From positions 2,718,201 through 2,782,200 of the forward strand of contig NC_092670.1 of assembly GCF_964355755.1 (NCBI RefSeq): a stretch of 64,000 nt of DNA, written 5' to 3'. Both the position numbers and the translations under genes were made by a program. The first letter of the stretch is position 1. Every line of letters begins with the position of its first letter. The stretch is from Antedon mediterranea. Lineage: Eukaryota > Animalia > Echinodermata. The notes beneath the pieces were generated by a model. That model was given only the letters and a program-made list of their open reading frames with translations. It ran no database searches and was not told the origin of the DNA. Of the stretch, positions 13,467-25,229 are shown in pieces.

Positions 13467-16400
13467 TAGCAGGGTAACTTAGCACTTTTTTTGTGCACTT
13501 TGTGACAAAAGCACCAAATTTGGCACAAACCTTCTTTAGGGTATATCTAACAATCCTAGAAGGGGTGCCCAAAAATCGGAACAATTTAACGATGTCATTT
13601 GGACCACGCCCTTTTTTTAGTATTACGTAATTAGGTGAAAACTTAAATCTTCGTGTATACATACCGAGTTTGGTATCAAATTAAAACTCATGACATGTAC
13701 ATTGCAATACACACATAAAAAATATGATTTCTCTTCAGACGGAATATATAGGTCAAATAATGTAATTTTCTGTCATATTGAAGGGTATTTCAATCAAAAC
13801 GTGCCAATATTGTGCTATGTTATGAACATTGTAGTTATAAGAACAACAACATTCATTTTTGTAATAGTACTAATATATATTTATCCTGTACCAGTTACTT
13901 TCCTTTAACATAATATTAGGAACCACTGAAAAAAAGTATATAAAACATATACTGTATCAAACTTGGCTCAATAACCACTGGACTATTAGTAAACCGACAA
14001 AAGATCATTTGACTGACAATTATAGCGTTAGCATCCATAACAATACATGGAGGTGATTATCAACTTTACTTTTATGAAATTATTTATCTGGAAACAAACA
14101 CTTATAATGGTACAGAGTTGCTAGATGACAGTTCCATGGCATGGGTAACAAGACCAGTGCACTGCTGAACGGCACTTCCCTGAGCAAAAAGGCAACTTTT
14201 TGCAGCCACACTTTAGCAATTCCCTACATGCCTTGGATGCTTCAGGTAGTATTGTCCAGACTGGTGTCCATGTACTGCCGGTTTTAGTCCAACCAAAGTC
14301 TTCTGGTGATGGAGCATTCTGCTGTGGCTGTAGACTGGTGGTCCAAATGCTTGTTTGGTATATGGATCGGTTGGAATGCTGTAAAAGTGCATCCTGCAAT
14401 AAAAAATTTAAAGATTGGTGTTACCTTTTAATGAAAGAAAAACATAAACCTGATAATAAATTATTAAACGACAATTGACAATTATATGGAAGCTCCCCTT
14501 ACCTGTGTAGGAGGAATGTTGTCCATTGTCCGTGCCTTTCTTGAAAAAAGATCTTGTCTTAGCTTAGTAACACTTCTTAAAGTACTTGTCTTGTCGTATA
14601 GATGACATGTAAACTCCTCTAGCAACTGGAATTGAGATGAGTTGACTCCTAGAGATTTGAAAGGGTGATGTGCCATGAAAAGAAAGGCTTCTGTGACTGC
14701 TGGAAATGAGTTCCACGTCTCCCATGCGGAGTGTTTGCTTTTCTGAAGAACTGGGATGTAGTATCGGACCCAGTAAATGCATGAAAAACTGGCAGCCCTC
14801 TTGACTTATCCTCTCCTAGGTTATGGCAGATGGTATTTATATTAAAATAATTGGAAGTGCTTACCCATGCCAAATGCGACCCAGATACACGTACCAGGAT
14901 AACAGGCTATTAGATTGCAGAAAATACCAACCAGGATAACAATGACATCAGTATCAACTGTACGCACCAAAATAACCCTGCTACCTTTCTTTAAGGCATC
15001 ATCAATGTGAATGCACATCCTGGAGTCGGCCTCTTCATGGTCGCAGATTGACATAGGTTGAGTAGATGTCAACATACAACAGACTCGCCTACAGGACATA
15101 TCAAGCATTACTTACTAATTTAATATGCCTTTTTAATTAATTATTGGTATGAAACTGTATAAGTAAATTAATCGTTTGGTTACAAACAAAATAAATTTGT
15201 ATGTATCACAATAAAACGTACCTGATGTAATGTAAACTTCTTTGCAGTCAGAGTAATCTTGGGTAGACACCTTTGTAGTTAAAAAGTTAAATAACTCCTC
15301 TTTATTTACTGGATCTTTCAGAAAGTCTGGAAAATTCCCTGGAATCTTTGTTTGTCCCCCAACTTTCCTCCTGACCCCTTTTCCTCTTTTTTCTTCTGTA
15401 GACTGCTTAAGACTATCTGTTCTGTAAGTGTCCCACACTATATCAATTCTGTCACTATTCTGCAGCTGCTGTCTGGTCCACGGTAGAAAGACCTGTCATA
15501 CAAATGATACAAGAATAACGATCCGCATATAGAAATGACCAATTATGTGGTGGTTAAACAATAGATACAATCCTGAATGCAAAGAAATGTACTCACCTTA
15601 TCACCGTAGTCATCAAATGTAAATGCATGGTTGCTGGAAAGAGCATGGACAATAGCAGCTCCGTCAAACCCCTTTACGTCAAAATATGTAGGAGGTTCAG
15701 GCTGGCCTTCAGTCTCCAAATGCTGTAGCAACTCAGACTTCTTAGTTGGTAGTCAAAGCTTTCCATTTACTGCCAAAGAGGGTGGCCATGGCTGGTTTTC
15801 ATGCATGAAGAAGTCTTCCAAATCTCCATCACGAGATTGACTTGCAATATACAGTCGACTGAATAGGCTGCAGTCACTTTTTAAACTCTTAACTTGTTGC
15901 TTTGTTTTGGACACTGATTTTGACCATGGTGTGTTGAACAACGGCAGCTTATTCTGTTTGATGGCTTGTTGAATTGCAACACTTCTGTCGAGAATAACTT
16001 CCTTGAAATATTTTTGGTACTGGGTAGTACCTACATCCTGAATTGTACGAACTGTCACTACTGCACTTTCATTGGCACAATCTCGAGCATCCAAGACCAG
16101 AAGTTCTGAACAATTATCGAGGAATGGGTTGCCTGCATTGCTCAGGGAACTGCAAGTGTCGTTCAGCAGGTCTTTCTTGCACTGGTCTTTGTTACCCATG
16201 CCGTGGAACTTGTTCGTCATCTAGCAACTCTGTACCATTATAAGTGTTACTGTTTGTTTCTAAATAAATAATTTCATAAAAATAAAGTTGATAATCACCT
16301 CCATGTATTGTTATGGATGATAACGCCATAATTGTCAGTCAAATGGTCTTTTGTCTGTTTACTTAGTCCAGTGATTATTGAGCCAAGTTTGATACAGTAT

Positions 16401-16892
16401 ATGTTTTATATACTTTTTTTCAGTGGTTCCTAATATTATGTTAAAGGAAAGTAACTGATACAGGATAAATATTATATTAGTATTACAAAAATGAATGTTG
16501 TTGTTCTTATAACTACAATGTTCATAACATAGCCCAATATTGGCGCGTTTTGATTGAAATCACCTTCAATATGACAGAAAATTACATTATTTGACCTATA
16601 TATTCCGTCTGAAGAGAAATCATATATTTTTTATGTGTGTATTGCAATGTACATGTCATGAGTTTTAATTTGATACCAAACTTGGTATGTATACACGAAG
16701 ATTTAAGGTTTCACCTAATTACGTAATACGAAAAAAAGGGCGTGGTCCAAATGACGTCGTTAAATTGTTCCGATTTTTGGGCACCCCTTCTAGGATTGTT
16801 AGATATACACTAAAGAAGGTTTGTGCCAAATTTGGTGCTTTTGTCACAAAATGCACAATCTTCATAAAAAATGGAAGTTAGCAACCCTGCTA
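13467..16892 (-). mobile_element. Academ (AcademX-type) DNA transposon derivative, defective
   Basis: Termini TAGCAGGG...CCCTGCTA, 3-bp TSD CAA, inverted arms of ~700 bp. Intron-containing internal coding relic with XPG/FEN-like motifs (FDGAAIVH, HEEADSR, VDTDV, FHAFTGSDTTSQF) and a C-terminal Cys-rich finger (KCGCK...C). Confidence 0.85.
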
Positions 16893-16975
16893 CAAGGGAT
16901 GCACATCCTTACTTCAAGACCCCTTGCTCCACTCTGACTGAACACTTTTAATTCCTCTTGAAGGAAACGAAGCAC
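16893..16975 (-). CDS. Roco gene COR C-terminal exon, 5' half
   Basis: AG acceptor then VLRFLQEELKVFSQSGARGLEVRMCIPC, cut by the Academ terminus. Confidence 0.85.
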
Positions 16976-17154
16976 CTAAGAAATAGTATACAGTATTAAG
17001 CTATACAGTCACAATAAAATATAAAATAACCATTCTCGAGTCAATCAGCTGATGAGAAGATTATTTTCATTTTCAAATTTTTGTAAAAAAAATGGAATTC
17101 CAATCAGTATCATAGGTAATGTTGTGTAAATCAGTTTCATATCTACTAGCCTAC

Positions 17155-17241
17155 CTTCTTACACACATCAGGTAGTGGGTCATTGTCTTCTGTACGTTGG
17201 CGTTTTGAACGATTGACACTCTCTGTTCTCACTATTGTTGT
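17155..17241 (-). CDS. Roco gene COR exon
   Basis: 87-bp phase 0-0 exon TTIVRTESVNRSKRQRTEDNDPLPDVCKK. Confidence 0.8.
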
Positions 17242-18621
17242 CTACAATAAACAAATGATAAATGATAAATGATAGTTGGCACACTATATTTTCTTTGAAA
17301 TTTATCTACTGTATAGCTGTTTATTTCACTTGTGAAAAGTACACAGCAAACCACTGTGCAAGTTCTTTATTCAGACATGATGATGGTGGTTTGTGGGGAT
17401 GCCCCAGTGTTCATGGAGTGTATGATATGAAGAGGGTGTGTTCATTGAATTTTCAATTTTTAAGTTGTTTCTTGCTCTCTTCAAGTAAGCCTAGTGGTGA
17501 CAACCAAAACCACTGTTGTAATTTCCAAAAACCTAAAAAGCATTTTGAGCTATTCAATACTAATTCTTCACTGTAAATCTCGCATAAATTTTAAAAATCT
17601 CACACTACAACCTTTAGACTTGCCCCAAGTCTGTATTTATTGTCTTTTTTTTTTATTTATTTGTTTTTATTTCGACCGCGATTTTTGTCTGAAAATACAG
17701 ACTTGTGAAACACGTATAGAAATCGATTTGCAGACCGCAAACATCCGATAAGAATGACGTAGGTTATCATACCGTATTTGGCTATATGGGGCGGGCGGTA
17801 TGTAAATATGGATTTCGAATCAACCAATGATCATTTTGTTTCAAAATGAAAAAGATCGAGTACGTACAGTGCTGAATGTACGATCGAGACAACTGTTGAT
17901 GAAATATAAAATCGTGTTGCCAAGTTGTTTTGTTGATTAATTGTTCAGTCCTGGCCTAGGCCTCCTTCGTAGGGCTACTCAACTCGTACGTATGACCTGC
18001 CAATAAATAAGGTACATACCACCACCGACCGGCACACAATAGGGCTACACCACCACAAACACAGAACAGGACAGGGTTTGGGTGGGAATTATAAAATCAA
18101 ATTATCTCCGCATAATATGATCCATTCAATGTTTGATTTCGCGGAGAAGCTATGCCTATCATATCAAGACGAGTTTTCATGTTCTTGGGAAAAATCCCAT
18201 CAAATGTTTACCAGACTATTAGGCATATAAAATCATTTAGAGCCTTCAGAAACTTTCATCAATGTACCCAAGTACACATTGTCTAAACGTAGCATAGCGC
18301 ATGCGTATCATCTTAGATGTTGAGTCTTTGAAATTCTGAAATATGAATATTAAAACTGCCTGCGAGTGAGTAGCCAATCGCATGCAGCTGAAACTAGTCA
18401 ACCGGATAATTTATGCACCAAGAATTCTTGGTGTCAAACCACGTGACTTATGCGTGTTTCCCCAGACGGAGTATCCAAACTCAAGTAATACACGTATGAA
18501 ACGCCATATGTGCAAAAATATTTATATTTTTACTAATATTAAGACAAAACTCCGTCTGGAGCCCAGACTATACAAGCTTCTGCCACTAAACTTTCTATCA
18601 AGTACCAATTATAAAATTTAC

Positions 18622-18900
18622 CTGTAACATACGACATTGCTTAATGGTAACCACATACAGAATGACTAGGTGATCTTCATCAATATTCAATTCTACATGC
18701 TCATACGATAGGCATTCAATTCCGTATTCTTCCACTTGAAATTTCTCGATGAACTTAGTTACAGCACGTTGGAAAAGATCATCTGGAAGATAGCTACCAA
18801 AATCATGAAATACAGAAATTGCACGATTTCTGTCAAATCCAGGTGGTGGTGAGGCATGTGGTTTCAAACGTGACAGAACGTAGAACATTTTTTCATTATT
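18622..18900 (-). CDS. Roco gene COR exon
   Basis: 279-bp phase 0-0 exon NNEKMFYVLSRLKP...FHDFGSYLPDDLFQRAVTKF...RMLQ. Confidence 0.9.
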
Positions 18901-18999
18901 CTGTGTAAACAAAAAATAATAATTAAAAAATACTAGTAGATCAGTAGGCTATATATAGGCTAGAAAATTGAAATATTAATATGAGTGTGGTATCAATAC

Positions 19000-19164
19000 C
19001 TTTGTATTTATTTGTTCACACACTAAACCAAACTTTTGCATGAGAGACGCAAAGAATGTTAATGTCTCATCAGAATCACAGAACTTCTGCCACAGATGTT
19101 TTAACAATCCACCTTTTAAAATGCCTCTATCCAGCTTTCTCAAAGCTGGTCTCATAGCTGGTAC
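19000..19164 (-). CDS. Roco gene COR exon
   Basis: 165-bp exon VPAMRPALRKLDRGILKGGLLKHLWQKF...LMQKFGLVCEQ. Confidence 0.9.
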
Positions 19165-19587
19165 CTATTATTTTACAAAAATAGAATATAATTAAATGTA
19201 AATTATAATTTATTAATTCAGAGTAGTAGTGACTTTAGTAGGTCTATAATAGATTCTGTTATGTTCTAAAATGTAAAATTGTCACCTCATGACCTGTAGG
19301 CTATGTTTTATTTGTCTTTATTGCAGTTCACAATATTTATGGTAAGCAGAATGACAAAGTGGATTTGTAGACTCATGTCTGCCAAAGCTACTCAGGCACA
19401 GCTGAAATAATGTATTGATCTTTGAGTTCATATGATTGTATGATGGGTACCTATATCTCAGAGAAGTTATTTCCAATCAAAATTTCAAACATTTATAAAG
19501 AAAAATTTAATTTTGAAGCGTGATATTATGTTGCTGCACGTCAGTATGCAAAACATTGTTTTGTATTGAAATGTATTTATTGCTAAC

Positions 19588-19782
19588 CATATCTTTATTG
19601 TCTATGACAGTGATGATTGTTTTAAACATGTCAACTAGTCGCATCAGATCTACAACTACTATATCTCTTAGTGCCTCATCATTTGGGTAATAGAGAATCA
19701 CGCCGATGTCATGTAAATACTCAAGCAGAACTTTGTGACTTTCTGTTACTTTACAGACTTCTTTAAGTACTTCATCTTCAAT
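19588..19782 (-). CDS. Roco gene COR exon
   Basis: 195-bp exon ...LLEYLHDIGVILYYPNDEALRDIVVVDLMRLVDMFKTIITV, the COR signature. Confidence 0.92.
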
Positions 19783-20711
19783 CTGTTAAAAAAATAGATT
19801 GATTAAAACCATATGACAATTCTAAAACAATTATAATAAAAAAACAGTTTACTATCAATTTTCAAATAGTCTTCTGGATTACAAAACCTGCTCTCAAAAC
19901 ATTGTGTACTAGTATATTTAGACTATTTACAAAACATACAGTATATATATAAAAAAATGGAAGGAATTCAAGGTAAAAGGTATTTAATCAGTAATAATAT
20001 TAAAATCAATCCAAAATATTATTGTGGATTGATTTTTAAAAAGTGTCATAGATTTAATATAGAATTCAGGCCTAGGATTTTAATGAGGAATTTTATTTTT
20101 GTGCCTTAATGCTATGTGTGATTAGGCTAATTTACTACAACGATCTGTATGCAAATTTGGTGGAATGGTTAGTAACCAGCCTTTCAAGTAATAACAATAG
20201 TTTCAGTTGACTAACAATAGAACAGCAACGCCAAAAACAAACCTCCAAAAATCCTTGACTACATATCTATCTGTATTTTCATTTTGGTAAAGGTCTTTCA
20301 ATAACTTTTGAGTAATCCTGCTAACAAACAAACAGACACATGCGGTCGACTACATAAACCTCCTTGGCGGAGGTAAATAATTGATTATGAAATACACTCG
20401 GGCAAATGTATGCTGAGGGAGCGCGTTGTCCAACACCTTGGCCCCACCATGGTTGGTGCTGAGGTAAGAAAATGTTATTATGAACCTATAGATGGCTATA
20501 AATTTACCTCTTACATCACACCACCTGTACATTTTCAGATGATTAAAAAGTAGCAATGTATACCGAAAATGGAGATCTGACTAATCAATATAGAACAAAT
20601 ACTGTAAACCTTATTTGTGAATCTTTCTTTATAAAAGAAATTGTCACATTATTAATAATTCATTCAATTATTAATATTGAACGCTATTGTCTATAAATTC
20701 TTGCACCTAAC

Positions 20712-20819
20712 CTCAGAAGTTGGTAAATAGATGTGTTTCTTTCTGTTGTGGATTTCTTGTTGAACTCGCAACCATTTTATTGGCAAAGTGCGGATCATTT
20801 TCTTTGACAAATCCAGTAT
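20712..20819 (-). CDS. Roco gene Roc/COR junction exon, 3' half (after the LINE)
   Basis: ILDLSKKMIRTLPIKWLRVQQEIHNRKKHIYLPTSE followed by a GTTAGG donor. It has no acceptor of its own and abuts the LINE tail directly. Confidence 0.85.
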
Positions 20820-20821
20820 TT

Positions 20822-23800
20822 ATAATAAATAATAAATGAAAACTTATATAGCGCCGGTATCCTCCACCCATGTGGCGCTCATGGCGCTTTGTGCATTAAC
20901 AACGTGCGAGAACATCAGCGAATAGCGACGTCTTTAGGTTGGTCTTGAAACTGTTTAGACTAGTTGAGCATTTAACTGTTGCTGGTAAGCTGTTCCATAC
21001 ACTTGCGGCCGCAACGTAAAAAGATCTCTGACCCCACTGATTTTTCGCTCTACGCTCTTGAAGAAGGTTTTGTGACAATGATCGTAGGCCTCTGCGGGAT
21101 GATTCGTAACGATCCACAAGGTCAGATAAATAAGCAGGAGCACTGTCATTTAGGATCTTGAATACAAACAACGCAAGTTTGTACTTAATACGTTGTTGAA
21201 CAGGCAACCAATGCAAATCCATCAGGACAGGAGTTATGTGAGCGTTTGATTTTGTATAAGTTACAATTCTAGCTGCCATATTTTGCAAGCGCTGCAAACG
21301 TTGTATTTGAGATTTTGGTATGCCAAACAACAAGGCATTACCAATGTCAATTTTAGAAGTGACAAATGAGTGTACAATCAATTCAGCTGTTTTCTTGTTA
21401 AGATTACCGCGAATACGACCAAGGTTCCTAATCGATATGCATGCTGCTTTGGATACAGTTGTTATTTGTGCTTCCATAGTGAGATTACTATCCAGCATGA
21501 TTCCCAGATTCCGGACCACCGATGAGGGAGCGATGTTAGAGTTTCCGATTCTGATATGTGTGATGTTGATTTTGGAGATGTTACATTTAGACCCGACGAT
21601 AATAAACTCTGTCTTTCCATCATTCAACTTTAGGTAATTTGTTGTCATCCAATTGCGAACATCTTCTATACAGGCTTCCATCTTACTGATTGCTGCAGCA
21701 ACATCCCTTTGCACTGGATTTACTGACACATAAATCTGTGTATCATCTGCATAGAAATGGAAATGTAGACTGTGTTTGCGAATAATGTCACCAAGGGGAA
21801 GCGTATAAATGGAAAACTGGCCAGGCCCAATTACTGACCCCTGTGGTACACCATATTCCAGGCAAGCTTCATCTGAGAATGCATCATTGATACAGACTAG
21901 CTGACGTCTTCCTGTAAGATATGACTGGAACCAGTTAAGAGCAACACCATTTATGCCAATGCGATTTCTCAGACGGGTTATCAGTCTTTGGTGATCAACT
22001 GTATCAAACGCTGCTGACAAATCCAACAACACCAATAGCGTTATTTTCCCATCATTCATTCCTTGTAACAAATCATTCTGTACCTTTAAAAGGGAACTCT
22101 CCGTGCTATGACATGCACGATATGCCGACTGGTAATTCTCATTTAAATTATGCTTTTGAAGATATGGAGTAATGCGTGATGTCACTACACGCTCCAGAGT
22201 CTTTCCAAGAAAAGAAAGATTCGACACCGGGCGGTAATTTTTCAGCGTGTTATGATCCAAATTTTGCTTTTTTATTAAAGGACGAACGTGAGCAATTTTC
22301 AGTTCATCTGGCACTATGCCGGTATTAAGAGAATGGTTAATGATTTCCGTTATTATTGGAACGACTGCGTCTATACACTTCTTCAGTATAGAAGTAGGAA
22401 CTGGATCTAACCTGCATGATTTTGTTGGTGATTTCATCAGAATGTTGCGGATCTCATCTTGAGATGCTGGTGTAAATGTTGTGAGATGCTGATGAACAGC
22501 TGTCACAGGCTCATTAAATGACATGTCATCAATCTTGAAGTCGTCTCTGATGATCTTGATCTTGTCTGTGAAAAACTGACAGAACCTGTTCGCAAGATCT
22601 AAGTCAGAAAGACTATCTGGGAGAGGTGATACCTGGCGATGATGAAGGAGTTGGTTAACAATTTTAAAAAGTCCTTTCTGATCTGCTGCATGTTCTTCAC
22701 ACAAGCCAATGTAGTAGTTGGCCTTTGCCTTTCTTACCATGGAATTTACATTCCTCTTCTGTGCAATGTAAGCTTGACGATCTATTTCCAGATGAGAGAT
22801 TCTCCATTTCTTTTCAAGCTTACGCTTTGTTCTTTTCTCAGCATAGATGTCACTGTTATACCAACTAGTGTTTGGTCGGACCTTTACTGTTCTCTTTTTC
22901 GGTGGTGCGTGTTTGTCAAGAAGTTCACTCAAAGTGGTGACATATAGTCGTACTTTACTTGATAAATCAAGATTTGAGAGCGAAGTTCCGAGATCAGACT
23001 GTGTGATATCTTTACATAATGTCTCAAAATTTATAGCATTCCAATGACGAGTTTCGATGGATTTAGTGATTACGGGTGGCTTCTTGATAAAGAGATTACA
23101 TGTGATTGCATAGTGATCTGATATACCATCAATGACATTAAGGTTTGAGAAAACAGGAGGATCAGATGAACGAGTGATCAGCAAGTCTAATGTATGACCA
23201 TGTCGGTGTGTAGGTGTAGACACATGCTGTTGAAGACTGCTTGCTACAAGTAGATTCCGAAAATGAATTGCATCTGCATCATTTGGCATATCCACATGGA
23301 TGTTAAAGTCTCCAACGAATAGTATGGGAGCCGGCTTCAATACATAGTGATCAACCAAAGTTGAGAATTCTTCAGTGAAAACATTTAGACTGCAACCCGT
23401 TGATTTGCTTTGAGGACGATATACTGCTACGAGGAAAACTGAGGATGCATTGCTGACTATTTCCACATTTAGCAGTTCAAATGATTTTGGTAATAATCCC
23501 GTGTCATAACATTTAACCGCTATGCTTTCCTTGTAAAGAAGTGCAACTCCACCACCTCTTTTAGTACCAGCACGGGGAGCATGTTTGAGAGAGTATCCGT
23601 TGGGTGTAATATTTCCTATAACTGATGTGTCTTCTGGTTTAAGCCACGTTTCCGAAAGGGCAACAACATCCAGATTATGTTCGATAACGAAATCCACAAA
23701 TTCTGTTGTTTTGTTCCGAACGGATCTTGTATTAATACTGCAAAATTTAATATTGTTTTTAGATAAGAGAGAGTTTGATGATAAGTCCAGAAATGATAGA

Positions 23801-24396
23801 TTGTTTTTAGTGTGTTTGTCACGCCCAGCTCTTGTACCACGCCTGGTTTTTCTTTTTGGCCTCCTTGGTAATAGGTGGATACTACAGCTACTGGAGTTCA
23901 ACTTAAAAGATTGTATAATTAAGCAAGATTCTTCAAGAAGTTCACAACTGTTATTGTTGTTGGTTACACAGCCCTGTAAACCATGAAGAAACTCAGAGCT
24001 ATAGCTAATTAGCATGACAACAGCAGATCTTCAAGCATGAGGTGTACAAGGTCATTTACATAACAATATGCACAGTCAGATTGAAAGTACAGGGCTAGCT
24101 TCCCACTGATGCTAGTAGACCATTGTTCTTGGGCAGTGATGAGTTTGAATTAAAACAATAAAGGCACAAGCAGGGCCTAGCTGAACTTCAGGAAACAACA
24201 AGAAAAACAACTGCGATTTACTCCAAGATACGATTATTTCCACATAAGAAATTTGTGAATATATGGTGCTCAATTTGCTATTCCAGCATCCAGTAAAACT
24301 TATTTGATGAAAAAAACCATCTGCAAACAGATACGAAGTTGTTATGCACAGAGCAATATAGAGCCGCCACATGGGCGCTGCAACATTCCTGCAACA
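20822..24396 (-). mobile_element. L2-clade non-LTR retrotransposon, apparently young
   Basis: Intact APE-RT ORF; short 3' UTR ending GGCGCTATATAAG plus a TTTATTA-type repeat tail; no clear TSD. Confidence 0.93.
20896..24015 (-). CDS. LINE ORF2: apurinic endonuclease + reverse transcriptase, 1039 aa
   Basis: APE motifs SETWL, GGGVALL, GDFNIH, HTLDLLIT, SDHY; RT motifs NYRPVSNL, LDLSAAFDTVDH, GVPQGSV, YADDTQIY. Confidence 0.96.
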   Translation of the reverse strand: MLISYSSEFLHGLQGCVTNNNNSCELLEESCLIIQSFKLNSSSCSIHLLPRRPKRKTRRGTRAGRDKHTKNNLSFLDLSSNSLLSKNNIKFCSINTRSVRNKTTEFVDFVIEHNLDVVALSETWLKPEDTSVIGNITPNGYSLKHAPRAGTKRGGGVALLYKESIAVKCYDTGLLPKSFELLNVEIVSNASSVFLVAVYRPQSKSTGCSLNVFTEEFSTLVDHYVLKPAPILFVGDFNIHVDMPNDADAIHFRNLLVASSLQQHVSTPTHRHGHTLDLLITRSSDPPVFSNLNVIDGISDHYAITCNLFIKKPPVITKSIETRHWNAINFETLCKDITQSDLGTSLSNLDLSSKVRLYVTTLSELLDKHAPPKKRTVKVRPNTSWYNSDIYAEKRTKRKLEKKWRISHLEIDRQAYIAQKRNVNSMVRKAKANYYIGLCEEHAADQKGLFKIVNQLLHHRQVSPLPDSLSDLDLANRFCQFFTDKIKIIRDDFKIDDMSFNEPVTAVHQHLTTFTPASQDEIRNILMKSPTKSCRLDPVPTSILKKCIDAVVPIITEIINHSLNTGIVPDELKIAHVRPLIKKQNLDHNTLKNYRPVSNLSFLGKTLERVVTSRITPYLQKHNLNENYQSAYRACHSTESSLLKVQNDLLQGMNDGKITLLVLLDLSAAFDTVDHQRLITRLRNRIGINGVALNWFQSYLTGRRQLVCINDAFSDEACLEYGVPQGSVIGPGQFSIYTLPLGDIIRKHSLHFHFYADDTQIYVSVNPVQRDVAAAISKMEACIEDVRNWMTTNYLKLNDGKTEFIIVGSKCNISKINITHIRIGNSNIAPSSVVRNLGIMLDSNLTMEAQITTVSKAACISIRNLGRIRGNLNKKTAELIVHSFVTSKIDIGNALLFGIPKSQIQRLQRLQNMAARIVTYTKSNAHITPVLMDLHWLPVQQRIKYKLALFVFKILNDSAPAYLSDLVDRYESSRRGLRSLSQNLLQERRAKNQWGQRSFYVAAASVWNSLPATVKCSTSLNSFKTNLKTSLFADVLARC

Positions 24397-24531
24397 TTGT
24401 TTCATGATGGCAGAAGCATTGCTCTGTTCAAATGGTACACTGTTTTCAATGGTAAAAATAGTTGAACACACCATAGTTTCATATGGTTTTTCTTTTAGGG
24501 CTTCCCAAATTTTATTTTCTATTTCTTTAAC
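24397..24531 (-). CDS. Roco gene Roc/COR junction exon, 5' half (G5 region)
   Basis: AG acceptor then VKEIENKIWEALKEKPYETMVCSTIFTIENSVPFEQSNASAIMKQ, which reads straight into the LINE. Confidence 0.88.
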
Positions 24532-24747
24532 CTGAAAGAAAGAAATGCATTTGGTATGTAGTTTCTAATATTTCTCATTTTAATCAGATTAATTAGAATA
24601 ATCAAAAGACTATTTAGATAGTGATTGCTAAACGTTGTGATCCAGTTTTAGGATAAAAAAAAAATAGAAGATTGAATCCATTGGCCTATGAAAAAAGTTT
24701 CTGTATTGTTGAATCATGCCGATTTCTCTATGGTAGAGTCAACTCAC

Positions 24748-24924
24748 CTGTTGTTTTCTTTCTTCTTCAGTTCCTTTAAGGCCATTTAAATGTGTACCTA
24801 TCAGTAATACAGGAGGACAAGGCTGACCATTTATCTTTGCATCAGGTCTACTGTTTGTGTATATGGAACGAATCCAAGAAAGAATGAACTCCAGATTTGT
24901 CATTCGATGGTCATACTTTTTACC
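24748..24924 (-). CDS. Roco gene Roc exon (G4)
   Basis: 177-bp exon ...TNLEFILSWIRSIYTN...PPVLLIGTHLNGL...; GTGAGT donor. Confidence 0.9.
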
Positions 24925-25139
24925 CTAAATTGAAATGAGTATACAATTAAAAAATGTGCTGTAGCAGGGTAACACTCAATTTTAATTTACTTGATTATGT
25001 AGAATGTTCATTCATTGATGTACTTTTGTGCTTGATTATCTACTGTAAAAATAAGAGCAGATGTATTCATTTTTCATTATAAAACAATAACAATCAAGGA
25101 ATTGAAAATAATGTTTAAAACTAATAAAAGTCTGCTTAC

Positions 25140-25229
25140 AGTTGTTGGATCCAAAACTTTAGCTGGGGCATCAAGATCATCACACAGTTTGAATACCACA
25201 CAAATAACAGCAAAAGATACCATGAATAT
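25140..25229 (-). CDS. Roco gene Roc exon
   Basis: 90-bp exon IFMVSFAVICVVFKLCDDLDAPAKVLDPTT. Confidence 0.88.

Noticed and set aside
13378-16881. Paired ORFs MYTRRFK... on opposite strands (13378-13662 and 16687-16881)
   Set aside because: Mirror translations of the non-coding Academ inverted arms.
24112-24474. Stand-alone 120-aa gene
   Set aside because: It is a chimera of the Roc exon end and LINE 5' sequence, reported under the insertion finding.
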